Part shown: one piece after another, positions 1 through 9,478 of the stretch
Layout: each line of letters opens with the position of its first letter
Position numbering within the stretch: position 1 is the first letter of the stretch
Assembly (NCBI GenBank): GCA_041906785.1
Contig: JAYRIM010000028.1
Coordinates: 204,383-268,382 of the forward strand
Length of the DNA: 64,000 bases
Direction: 5' to 3'
Source: Candidatus Levyibacteriota bacterium
GTDB taxonomy: Bacteria > Patescibacteriota > Microgenomatia > Levybacterales > UBA12049
Notes under the pieces: generated by a model
What the model was told of the DNA's origin: nothing
What the model saw: the letters and a program-made list of their open reading frames with translations, nothing else
The model's database searches: none
Made by a program: the position numbers and the translations under genes

Positions 1-46
1 GCCTTGAAATCATTCGATATGGAGTATGATGAAACAATTGGATAGT

Positions 47-1153
47 TTATTTCTTCACTTTTTCCCAGGGAAATTCGGTGCGGCCGAAGTGGCCATAAGC
101 AGCAGTAGGTAAATAAATCGGTTGTCGTAATTGTAATGTTTCAAGGATTCCTTCTACTGAAGTATCTAGTAATGAAGACATGAAGTCCTTCAGTGCTTTT
201 TTACTCACTTTTTCAGTCCCAAATGTTTCAATTTCTTGCATTATTGGTTTCTTCGCACCTATGTAATAAGCTAAATATACTTCTGCTTTATCAGCTAATC
301 CTTGAGCGACAATATTCTTCGCTAAAAATCGTGCGGCATAGGCTCCTGACCTGTCAACTTTCGTTGGATCTTTTCCGCTAAATGCTCCTCCACCTACTCT
401 TGCATATCCACCATATGTATCTACTACGATTTTTCTTCCTGTAAGACCAGAATCTGATGCAGGTCCACCGTTATGCCAAACTCCTGTACCATTTACAATA
501 AGATCTTTCTTGGGATAGGAAAATCCAAACTTTTTCAGCACAGGATCGACAACTTGTTTGTATACATCTTCTTTTACCTGGTCAAGTGTTACTGATGCTT
601 GATGGGGGACAGCAATGACCACATATTTAACTTCTACAGGTTTTCCGTCTCTATATTCTATTGTAACTTGTGTTTTTCCGTCCGGCTTTAAATAAGAAAG
701 AACTTTTTTTTCTCTGACCTCGTCTATCCTTTTTGCCAATGCATGGGCTATTGTTATAGGTAGGGGCATAAAAGAAGAGGATTCATTTGTGGCAAATCCG
801 AACATCATGCCTTGATCCCCAGCGCCTTTTTTCTTTACTCCCACTGCTATTTCAGGTGACTGCGCATGGATTTTAATGTCTATAGGTGACGTATCAGAGA
901 ATCCATATTCTTCATGGATGTATCCTAACCTTTTTATTTGTTTACGTGCTATTTTTTCAAAATCGATTTCTGCTTTCGTATGTATTTCTCCTACAAGGAA
1001 AAGACTATTTGCTGCAGCCATTGTTTCGATTGCTGCTCTTCCATACGGATCTTGACGAAGAACTTCATCTACGATTGCGTCACTTATTTGATCACAGATT
1101 TTATCTGGATGACCAGCGCAAACAGATTCAGAAGTAAATAATGATATTTTCAT
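47..1153 (-). CDS. metK: S-adenosylmethionine synthetase
   Basis: Motifs FTSESV..GHPDKICDQISD, GAGDQG, GGGAFSGKDPTKVDRS, TAAYGHFGR. The start is placed at ATG 1153 (MKISLFTSES) because the ORF-track extension lies in the terminator. Confidence 0.97.
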   Translation of the reverse strand: MKISLFTSESVCAGHPDKICDQISDAIVDEVLRQDPYGRAAIETMAAANSLFLVGEIHTKAEIDFEKIARKQIKRLGYIHEEYGFSDTSPIDIKIHAQSPEIAVGVKKKGAGDQGMMFGFATNESSSFMPLPITIAHALAKRIDEVREKKVLSYLKPDGKTQVTIEYRDGKPVEVKYVVIAVPHQASVTLDQVKEDVYKQVVDPVLKKFGFSYPKKDLIVNGTGVWHNGGPASDSGLTGRKIVVDTYGGYARVGGGAFSGKDPTKVDRSGAYAARFLAKNIVAQGLADKAEVYLAYYIGAKKPIMQEIETFGTEKVSKKALKDFMSSLLDTSVEGILETLQLRQPIYLPTAAYGHFGRTEFPWEKVKK

Positions 1154-1175
1154 AAAAAAAGCCTCAAAAAGAGGC
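1154..1175 (-). terminator. Intrinsic terminator of the metK leader (riboswitch expression platform)
   Basis: Minus strand GCCTC-TTTTT-GAGGC followed by T7, immediately before the ATG. Confidence 0.75.
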
Positions 1176-1178
1176 AAT

Positions 1179-1272
1179 AATTACTTGCCTTTATTGGCCG
1201 CATTTTCTTTCGAAAAAGCACCGTGGTAATTCGGTTGCTGTATAGTCAAATGGACTATAACTCTTAATGCGT
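1179..1272 (-). promoter_or_regulatory. SAM-I/IV class riboswitch
   Basis: Minus strand: P1 CGCATT/AATGCG, J1/2 AAGAG, P2 TATAGTC/GACTATA without kink-turn, P3 AGCAACCG...CGGTGCT, P4 TTTC-GAAA-GAAA, P5 GCC-AATAAA-GGC, and the L3 AATTAC / 3' GTAATT pseudoknot. Lies directly upstream of metK. Confidence 0.88.
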
Positions 1273-1324
1273 ATTATTATTGAAGCATAAAAAATAAACT
1301 CATGCAAGTGGTATTTCTCTATAT

Positions 1325-2617
1325 CTAGGATAGAATAGTGCGACGAATATAATTCTTAATGCGGTTTAATTCTTTCATATTGACGTACACCTTTGATAAT
1401 GGCGAACCATATAGTTTTACAGCATCTTTTAGATCAGATTTCAGTATGGTCATACTATCTCTCCAAGAAGTTCCCTGTAGTTCTCGATTCTGGATCATGT
1501 TTTCATATAGTTTTACTAAAGTTACGGCTGTTTCGTGAATAGAATATTTTTCCGCTGTTTTTTGAGCATTTTCACCTAACTTTTTTCTAAGTTGATCGTT
1601 TGCTAATAATTCTTGAACATGTTTCACGAATCCTTCACTCTTTTTTTTAATAAGAAAACCATTAACATTATCTATAACTACTTCCTTAAATACATTGTCA
1701 TAGACAGCCACGACAGGTATAGATGATGCCATTGCCTCCAGTATGACCATGCCTTGTGTTTCTGTTCTTGAGGCGAAAACGAAAATATCAGCATCTGCGT
1801 ATACTTTTGGAATTGAATGATGAGGGATAGGGCCAGTAAAAATAACATTTGTAGAGATCTGTAAATATTTTGCAAGATTTTCTAGATTTTCTTTCTCTGG
1901 ACCTGTTCCTACGATAATAAGATACGCATTTTCATCTTGAGTTACAACATCTTTGAAAGATTTTACAAGAAAATCAACTGATTTTTCTTTTCCAAGTCTG
2001 CATACACAGAGAGCTATCTTTGCCTCTTTAGGAAGAGAATATTTTTTTCGAAGAAAACCTTTCGGTTGTTTTTCAAATCGTTTAAGATCAATTCCGCTAG
2101 GAATTACATAGATGGGTTTTCGAATACCATATGCACGCAATTCATTTTTCACTTTTTGTGTTGGTGCGATTAATGTATCACAGACATTTCCGAAAAGTGT
2201 ACTGGTAAGCTCGATAAATTTAGGTCGAATGACACCTTTTAGAAAGTAATGTGTGTATTTATTCCAGAAAGTATGATAGGTAGCTACATATGGAGTGCCA
2301 TACAGTTTAGCAATTTGCCATCCAAGAAATGTTACAAATCCTCCAGAATGGCCGTGTATAACATCAAAATCATGTCTGATAATCTTCAGAAGTGATCTTT
2401 GGGGAATTTGTATAGCAATTCTAGTTTCCAATTGACTTGTGACGCGTAAAGAAAAAATCCTAATGACGTTTTTTCTATCTTTCGTATTTGGGTATTTAGG
2501 AGCAATAATTATTACCTCGTGACCCAGGCGCTCAAGTTCTTTCGCACAAGATTCGACTGTCGTTGCGACGCCATCAAGACTAGGTGTATAGCTATCTGTA
2601 AAAAATCCGATTTTCAT
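1325..2617 (-). CDS. GT4 glycosyltransferase, 1,2-diacylglycerol glucosyltransferase (MGlcDAG synthase/LafA)-like
   Basis: MKIGFFTDSY.P..DGV N-terminus, ATYHT, GIDL, and ASRTETQGMVILEAMA GT-B motif. Confidence 0.85.
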   Translation of the reverse strand: MKIGFFTDSYTPSLDGVATTVESCAKELERLGHEVIIIAPKYPNTKDRKNVIRIFSLRVTSQLETRIAIQIPQRSLLKIIRHDFDVIHGHSGGFVTFLGWQIAKLYGTPYVATYHTFWNKYTHYFLKGVIRPKFIELTSTLFGNVCDTLIAPTQKVKNELRAYGIRKPIYVIPSGIDLKRFEKQPKGFLRKKYSLPKEAKIALCVCRLGKEKSVDFLVKSFKDVVTQDENAYLIIVGTGPEKENLENLAKYLQISTNVIFTGPIPHHSIPKVYADADIFVFASRTETQGMVILEAMASSIPVVAVYDNVFKEVVIDNVNGFLIKKKSEGFVKHVQELLANDQLRKKLGENAQKTAEKYSIHETAVTLVKLYENMIQNRELQGTSWRDSMTILKSDLKDAVKLYGSPLSKVYVNMKELNRIKNYIRRTILS

Positions 2618-3606
2618 AGGAGTTCATTATATTCTCTTAATAATGCATTTGAGATAGTCTGGAAACTGAATTGTTTTGTTAATTCTACGCTTTTTTCTTT
2701 TCTTTTTTTAAAGTATGTTTTATCAGTATAAAGTTTATCGACAAGTTTCGTAAAATCACTGATTGAATTACTAGCGAGATACATATCTCCGTATAATGAC
2801 TTGTACTCTTCATTATTCCGTAAAACAAGCGGTAATCCGCACGCTGCAGCTTCAAGGATAACCATGGAAGCGATTTCCTGATATGAAGGGAAAAGAAAAA
2901 TATCAGCCATGTTATAGAATTGGATCACTTTTTCGTACGAAACAATTCCAGGAAGAATAACATTTTTTGGTCTATTTTCATAGAGGTTTTTCTGTTTTTC
3001 TGTCTGAACATTTAACATTTTAATATCATGACCCCCTAACCAAAGAAAAGTTATATGTGGGAGATTTTGTGCAATCTCTAGGAAATCATAAAATCCTTTT
3101 CGTGGAATGAATTTTCCAACTCCAAGGGCGATAAATGCATTTTCTGAAATTCCAAAGTTCTTTTTCCCTTCGTTTCGTTTTAAACCATCAAAATGAAAAA
3201 CTTTCGTGTTTATTGGGTTAGGAATAACTGCTATTCGCTTTACTCCTATTTGTTTTAACTCTTTTTTTACATGCTCATTGAGCGCTACCACTAGATCTGC
3301 TCGTTTATACGCTATATTAAGATATTTATTTATAGCAGGGGCCACAATATTTGCCCCTTTCCAGCTATTTAGAAAGCTTTCTACGGTTATGTGAGTGCTC
3401 AGGACGGTATTTTTATTAGAAAAGAGTCTATACATGCCAAGCGGTCCGAGAGTGTGGATATGGACGATGTCTGCTTTTTTAGAGGAGTTAATGAGAACTG
3501 TTACTCCACGTTCCTTAAGCATCTCTATATGGGTAAGAAAAGCAGTATGTATTCCACCCCATTTCTCAGGTGCTGAAACAGATTCAGAAATAACATTTAC
3601 GATCAT
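2614..3606 (-). CDS. GT4 glycosyltransferase, CpoA/DGlcDAG synthase-like
   Basis: GGIHTAF, DIVHIHTLGP, RKGFYDF, FPSYQE..MVILEAAA. Overlaps the downstream GT4 by 4 nt. Confidence 0.8.
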   Translation of the reverse strand: MIVNVISESVSAPEKWGGIHTAFLTHIEMLKERGVTVLINSSKKADIVHIHTLGPLGMYRLFSNKNTVLSTHITVESFLNSWKGANIVAPAINKYLNIAYKRADLVVALNEHVKKELKQIGVKRIAVIPNPINTKVFHFDGLKRNEGKKNFGISENAFIALGVGKFIPRKGFYDFLEIAQNLPHITFLWLGGHDIKMLNVQTEKQKNLYENRPKNVILPGIVSYEKVIQFYNMADIFLFPSYQEIASMVILEAAACGLPLVLRNNEEYKSLYGDMYLASNSISDFTKLVDKLYTDKTYFKKRKEKSVELTKQFSFQTISNALLREYNELL

Positions 3607-3802
3607 AATATGCTTGAGTATTATAATCTATTCACAAAGGTATTTCTATTTCTTATTCCAGATTCAGCTAGATTTATAAAATATATTAGTAAATAGGAGC
3701 TGCAAAATAGCCCTATAATAATTGTTATTTTTTTGGTGCATACATGGTACTACCTACTAAAGCTACAATAAAAAAATGAGTAATGGAAAAGTTACTAAAC
3801 AG

Positions 3803-4016
3803 TTTATCCACATTTTTTCATTTTTTTAACACTTTAGTAAAATTCTATAAAATGCTTAAAAAATATGAACATACGTTATAACTTGACGATTTATCCCAGA
3901 AAGCCGTCTGTATATTTATAGAACAACGACATCGGAGAGAGAAGGACAGAATGATCAACATATTATGGAGATATTCTTGGTCTTACATAACATAAAAAGG
4001 AAAAAATGTGGATAAA
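3803..4016. repeat. 23-bp inverted repeat (1 mismatch), each arm carrying a perfect DnaA box
   Basis: TTTATCCACATTTTTTCaTTTTT (3803-3825) and AAAAAgGAAAAAATGTGGATAAA (3994-4016). TTATCCACA at 3804-3812 and its complement at 4007-4015. Confidence 0.85.
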
Positions 4017-4849
4017 TAAGGCGATTTAGCAGACAAGGTACATAAATGCTAAGGGGTTGGGTAAGGTAGATATTATTGCTATATCAAGCAAATCTGCTAC
4101 TTTAATAAGCCCTTTTGCTAATGATGAGTTATAATTCCGTAAAAATCAATTACCTCTAAAGATTATAGTGAAATTATATCAAAAAGTCAATGATACCAGT
4201 CTAAAAAAATTATACAAATGAAAAAAAGAACAGCTAGAGAAGAAAGATTCTCGGAGAGTCTGACAATTGAATTGTTACCATGTTGTATGTCTATCGATCG
4301 TTCAATTTCTTTTCCCTATATACATCATGGGTTGCTTTACACTGATGTCAGTTATAATAGATCCTTCATACGCTAAAAAGGAAAACTGTGAGTAAGTGAA
4401 GTAGGCTAGTTAAAAGTAATACATATATGTCTATCAGTTGAAAAGGCATTAATACAAAAGTGAAAGTACGAGAAACGGAGAATAAAAAACAGTTAAGTAA
4501 AAGTAGTATAAACCCTATAGTAGAATATCATGCAAGTTGACTTTGATGATTAAAAGCTAGTTATCTGTAATTAAGTGCAATTCTATAAAAAAATCATTGA
4601 ATATTTCTTCTTTTCAACTATATTCTAACTGCATGGGTGGAGGAAGATGAAAGGTATATAAAGCAAAAAAAGGGGTAATTTATAAAGATCATAAAATATG
4701 CTCAATACATATATAGAACAATATTTATGATCATTTAGCCTTGTATGAGTAAAATTATTTATCAATATTGCGCATTCAAGCTTTAGTAGTATTTCAAGTA
4801 TCTTCTAGCATAGATTTGTCAATTAGATTAAAATAGGACGAGTAAAAAA

Positions 4850-6016
4850 ATGAATATTCTTTTTTTAAGTCGCCGATTTTATCCTCAAGTTGGTGGTGTT
4901 GAAAGACATGTCATGAAAATTTCGGAATTGCTAGCCCAGCAGGGCCATAGCATAATAATTATAAGCGAAGGGTTAAAGGATCAAAAAAACACAAGAAAAA
5001 TTGTAGTTAAACAGCAAAGATTAGCAAAGGATAAGAGAGATTCTGCTTTAGCTAAGGAACAGCAAGACCTAACTAAAACAGAAAAAGAAGTACCTCACAA
5101 CCACGTTCAAGATAGTCTATATGCATCAAGGTCAATCGTGATATATAGAATGCCAGAAATAAAAGAAGGAAAACAAAAAAAACTTTTTATTTGGCAATGG
5201 ATGTGGCGATATCGAAACTTAATACTTCAAGCAGATATAGTTCACGCTCATGATGTATTTTTTTGGTATTTACCATTTAGATTCCTATTTTTTCGAAAAC
5301 CGATTTTTACTACCTTTCATGGATATGAAAGTTACCCTATTAAAAAGAAAGCTGTTGTTATAAGAAAAATGTCTGAGATGTTATCAATTGGAAACATCTG
5401 TATTGGTGATTTTATAAGTAAATGGTATGGTACAAAACCTACTTTTGTTTCATATGGTGCTGTAGAAATGCCAGAAAGTAAAAATAAAATATCAAATATA
5501 AAAAAAGAGTCAGCTGTTTTTTTTGGTAGACTTGATGAGCAGACCGGGATTTTAACCTATGTAGAAGCATTTAAAGTGTTGAAAAGAAGAGTGCTTAACT
5601 TTAAGTTACTTGTGATAGGAGATGGAATATATCGAAAGTCAATTTCACGTTTTATTACGATCATACCCTTTCAACAAAATCTTGAAAAATATTTTGAAAA
5701 ATACCATTTCGTATTTGTATCAAGGTATCTATCAATTCTTGAGGCCTTTGCTGCTAAAAAATTAGTCTTTGCAGTATATGATAATCCTCTTAAAGAAGAT
5801 TATTTGAGAATGGCTCCCTTTGCGAGATTTATTATTATTGAAAAGGATCCACAAAAGCTTGCTGAAAAAATTTTATACTATCTGCATAATCCAGATGAAG
5901 AGAAAAAGATAGTTTCAGAAGCTTATAAATGGGTGAAAAAACAATCCTGGGAAGAAATGGTTAGTGTTTATAAAAAGCTTTGGAAAAAAAAGATGAGATT
6001 CAGTATAATTACATAG
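4850..6016 (+). CDS. GT4 glycosyltransferase
   Basis: MNILFLSRRFYPQVGGVERH, DIVHAHD, TTFHG, FFGRL, SILEAFA. Has a ~50-aa charged insertion after the first strands. Confidence 0.85.
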   Translation: MNILFLSRRFYPQVGGVERHVMKISELLAQQGHSIIIISEGLKDQKNTRKIVVKQQRLAKDKRDSALAKEQQDLTKTEKEVPHNHVQDSLYASRSIVIYRMPEIKEGKQKKLFIWQWMWRYRNLILQADIVHAHDVFFWYLPFRFLFFRKPIFTTFHGYESYPIKKKAVVIRKMSEMLSIGNICIGDFISKWYGTKPTFVSYGAVEMPESKNKISNIKKESAVFFGRLDEQTGILTYVEAFKVLKRRVLNFKLLVIGDGIYRKSISRFITIIPFQQNLEKYFEKYHFVFVSRYLSILEAFAAKKLVFAVYDNPLKEDYLRMAPFARFIIIEKDPQKLAEKILYYLHNPDEEKKIVSEAYKWVKKQSWEEMVSVYKKLWKKKMRFSIIT

Positions 6017-6039
6017 TTGTGAGTTGTGAGTAAAAAGAT

Positions 6040-6876
6040 ATGTCATCAAATAGAGCAAAACTACAGAAAAAAAAATTAGGAGATACGATTTCTCCTGCTG
6101 AAAAATACTTTAGAAGGTACCTTAGTATTGGTCCATTAGGTTTAGCATTGTGGCGTTCAGTTGAAGCAAGACATTTAGCCAAAGTAAAACTAAAGAGACC
6201 GATTCTTGATATAGGTTGTGGCTTTGGAGAATTTGCCCAAGCTTTTGCAGATGAACCGATTGATATGGGTATTGATAATAATAATTGGGATTTGTATATT
6301 GCTTCAAAAACAAATAAATATAAAAATTTGACTCTTGCCGATGCTGCAGATCTTCCATTTCCTGATAATACATTTGCTTCTGCTTTCTCAATAAGTACGT
6401 TTGAACATATTAAAGAAGCAGATAAGGCATTAAAAGAAGCATACAGAGTACTTAAACCAGGAGGAATTCTGTTTTTAACGATAGAAAGTGATGAAGTGGA
6501 AGAAGCTGTTTTCTATACACAATTTCTGAAAAAAATTGGTCTTCCCAAAGTGGCAAAAATTGTCCGACAAAAATATAACACATTATTCCATAGACTCCAT
6601 ATATTACCAAAAAATGAGTGGATACGAAAAGTTGAAAAAGCTGGATTTATAATTGATAAAAGGCAAGATATTATCTCTAAAAAGGTTAATTGGTTATATG
6701 ATATATTCCTCATAACAGCATGGCCTTCGCAAATTGTAAAACTGATAACAGGTAAGCGATCCTCAACTAGACCAAAATTCGTAACTGAGTTTTTTGTAAA
6801 AAAATTTTTAAAATATGTTGAAGAAGAAGAAAAAGAAGGAACAAATTTATTAATTATTGCAAGAAAAAAAACTTAA
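6040..6876 (+). CDS. Class I SAM-dependent methyltransferase
   Basis: ILDIGCGFG, DAADLPFPDNTF, STFEHI, RVLKPGG. Confidence 0.9.
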   Translation: MSSNRAKLQKKKLGDTISPAEKYFRRYLSIGPLGLALWRSVEARHLAKVKLKRPILDIGCGFGEFAQAFADEPIDMGIDNNNWDLYIASKTNKYKNLTLADAADLPFPDNTFASAFSISTFEHIKEADKALKEAYRVLKPGGILFLTIESDEVEEAVFYTQFLKKIGLPKVAKIVRQKYNTLFHRLHILPKNEWIRKVEKAGFIIDKRQDIISKKVNWLYDIFLITAWPSQIVKLITGKRSSTRPKFVTEFFVKKFLKYVEEEEKEGTNLLIIARKKT

Positions 6877-7694
6877 GACCAATTCTCTCCATTAGTACAT
6901 GTTTGTCTTACAAATTGGGTAATTATAGTAAGTCCTTTTCTTAAATCTGCTTTCGTTAATAAAAACAAGCTAATAGGATTTACCTCAATAGTTACGGTAC
7001 CTTCCCAATGGTTTTCATGCAACCAAAGCAATTGCTGTTCTGCGAAGGATGATCTGTGATACAAAATCTGTTTTATTCCTTGTTTTCCAATAAGCGATAA
7101 TTGGATGTTCTTTATCTTGTTTAGTCCAAGCCAACTCCAAAATTCTGTCCAGTCATTAAATCCATTCTCCTTAGCCCATATTAGTGATTGATCATCTCGT
7201 GTGTCTATAGCAATATAATGATGGTCTGAATTCAGCCATGCTTTAATCTTTTCAGGTTTAACAGATGTATCTCCCATTATTTCATAAAGGATGTGGCCAT
7301 ATTCTTTTCCTTCATTATTCAGTAACCATTTATCTGTAAGATTATGTACTGTTACTGGAAGATCGTTATTTTTAATAATAGATGAAATTACCTCTCTTGA
7401 AAAATGATTACTTGGAAAAAATGCGTATCGAATGCTGTTAAAAAATAAACTAGTGAATAAAGGGATGGCATAAAATCTATCTTGGTTAATATCTAATCTC
7501 CAGCTGTGATGAATGCTTTTTATAAAAGGTAAAAATTTGCTCAATTTGTTGTTATCTCTTAGATCTTTTGTGATTCTCCTGGTTGGTAATAACTCTAAAC
7601 CGTCGCATCCCACTTCTGTAGCAAATCGAACTGCTTCTTCTAGTCCATACCATAAAATACAACCACTTGAAAGTAATATTTCATTTTTCTTCAT
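6873..7694 (-). CDS. Hypothetical protein, possible xylose-isomerase/AP-endonuclease-2-like TIM barrel
   Basis: LEEAVRFA.EVGCDGLELLP, SIH and WEG.VTIEV patterns. 273 aa, coupled to the upstream gene. Confidence 0.5.
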   Translation of the reverse strand: MKKNEILLSSGCILWYGLEEAVRFATEVGCDGLELLPTRRITKDLRDNNKLSKFLPFIKSIHHSWRLDINQDRFYAIPLFTSLFFNSIRYAFFPSNHFSREVISSIIKNNDLPVTVHNLTDKWLLNNEGKEYGHILYEIMGDTSVKPEKIKAWLNSDHHYIAIDTRDDQSLIWAKENGFNDWTEFWSWLGLNKIKNIQLSLIGKQGIKQILYHRSSFAEQQLLWLHENHWEGTVTIEVNPISLFLLTKADLRKGLTIITQFVRQTCTNGENWS

Positions 7695-9441
7695 ATTTTC
7701 TTATTAATATATTCCCTTGTTTGTTAGCAAATGAAATTAGTATATTAGAAATTATTACTAGTAAAAAAATAATACTTACTGTTTTAAGTAGTTTATATAC
7801 TGCCGGGTTGTTATACTTTACTTCTGTAAAATGTAAGCCTTTTCGTACTGAAAATGATATTACCCCTTCACTATCATGCGAAATAGTGGATTTCTTATTA
7901 TCTATAAAAATGTCCCATCCAGGAAAATATAACGTATTTTCTCTTAGTAAAAGTTCCGTTTCTGCGTTAACAATATACCGATGATTTGTTGAATTTCTAG
8001 TAAATTCTTTTATTTCTCCTTTCCCATTTAAAATCTCAATATGTTTTATTGGAAGTTTTGAAAACCATGGTTTTTTAGGGTCTCTTAGAATAGAATTTGC
8101 ATAATAATGTCCTTCTGATTGTGATGTACTTTTCCAGAGGTTTGTAATGAGATATTGATCATTAATATCGGATATAAGTCTTCTCTGTCCCCAATTTAAA
8201 ATTGTTGTACAAATTGTGATGAATATCAGCAAATATATCATTCTTCTTCTTCCTTTAAAATGTAAAACTAAGTATCCTGAAAGAATAGAGATGATGAATG
8301 TAGATAGAAGCAACAACCGATGTGAGCCTACTGCTTTAAGGAAGGGAACAGCTCCCCAAAAAAATCTTGAAAAAGATGTTGCTAGAAATAGCGATATAAA
8401 TAAAGCTAAGAGGAAAAATACAATTTGCATTCTCATAGATTTTTGGATTTTATTTCTTATTAGTAAAAGAATTATTAATACAGAAATAAAAATATGTGTG
8501 TATCCTAAGAGAAAAGAGATCTGACCCTCTGGCCCTTGAAATAAAAATCCCCAACGCCAGGGAGAATATAATAATTCGAAAATATGAGGTGAATAATAAA
8601 ATTCAGCTACCTTTTTAAATATTGTATATTTCGATAAAAAGAAAGGAGTTGCCCATATATAAGATGTTGCAAAACTACCAATAATAGTTGCGAGTATCGT
8701 GGTAAGTAGCGGAAGTTTTGTTTTTGACTGAAAGGATAGTAAAGTTGCATAAGACAAAAGTAAGGCAAGAGTAAAAAGTGCTATAACTACATGACTCATG
8801 ATAAGTGCAGTAATTGATAGAATTGATAAAGAAAGCCATAATGTATTTTTTTCTTTCCATAATTTATGAAAGGCAAAAAAAGCAAACGGTAATATTGTAA
8901 AAAACAAGATTTCGCCAATAACCACTTTAAAATGTAAATCTATAAGATGATAAGGAGCGAATTGATAAAATATGGCGCTTGTAAAAGCTGCCAAATCATT
9001 ATTGAAAATTTTTTTTGCAAAAAAATACATAAAGATTCCAGATAAAATAAAATTTGAGGCCAAAAAGAGTTTAAGACTCGAAATAAAAGTAAATCCAAGA
9101 GCATGGAAAAAACTGACAAGATAATAAGGAAGCGGATAGTTAAAAATAAAAAGAGGGTAACCATATGTCGCATTTAAATTTCCAGCCCAAGAAGGCAAGA
9201 TGTTACCTTCTTGTAATGAGTTATAGAAATCTATACTTCTATATAAATGAATCATAAAATCTCCACTTTCATAAACACCTTTTCGAAAGATACTTATGCA
9301 GACAATTGAAGAAAGTACAATAAGCAGAAATAATAGATTTATTTTTCGCTTAGGGCATCGAATTTTATAAATGATAATCCCAGCGCTTATAAATAGAAGA
9401 GCAATAAGATTTATAAAAACCATTTTCTGTGGGTCAAGCAT
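7681..9441 (-). CDS. GT-C-type membrane glycosyltransferase (PTPS-related / YfhO-like)
   Basis: Multi-TM protein; SGD..H..R, P.W..NLN..YGYPLF.FNYPLPYY, APYH..D, GE, C-terminal YFPGW. Start ATG 9441 preferred. Confidence 0.75.
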   Translation of the reverse strand: MLDPQKMVFINLIALLFISAGIIIYKIRCPKRKINLLFLLIVLSSIVCISIFRKGVYESGDFMIHLYRSIDFYNSLQEGNILPSWAGNLNATYGYPLFIFNYPLPYYLVSFFHALGFTFISSLKLFLASNFILSGIFMYFFAKKIFNNDLAAFTSAIFYQFAPYHLIDLHFKVVIGEILFFTILPFAFFAFHKLWKEKNTLWLSLSILSITALIMSHVVIALFTLALLLSYATLLSFQSKTKLPLLTTILATIIGSFATSYIWATPFFLSKYTIFKKVAEFYYSPHIFELLYSPWRWGFLFQGPEGQISFLLGYTHIFISVLIILLLIRNKIQKSMRMQIVFFLLALFISLFLATSFSRFFWGAVPFLKAVGSHRLLLLSTFIISILSGYLVLHFKGRRRMIYLLIFITICTTILNWGQRRLISDINDQYLITNLWKSTSQSEGHYYANSILRDPKKPWFSKLPIKHIEILNGKGEIKEFTRNSTNHRYIVNAETELLLRENTLYFPGWDIFIDNKKSTISHDSEGVISFSVRKGLHFTEVKYNNPAVYKLLKTVSIIFLLVIISNILISFANKQGNILIRKYEEK

Positions 9442-9478
9442 ATTGCTATAATATACACTGAACAAACAGATCGCAAGG

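Noticed and set aside
1-45. Possible 3' end of a plus-strand gene (ALKSFDMEYDETIG*)
   Set aside because: Only 14 codons are visible, which is not enough to support a call.
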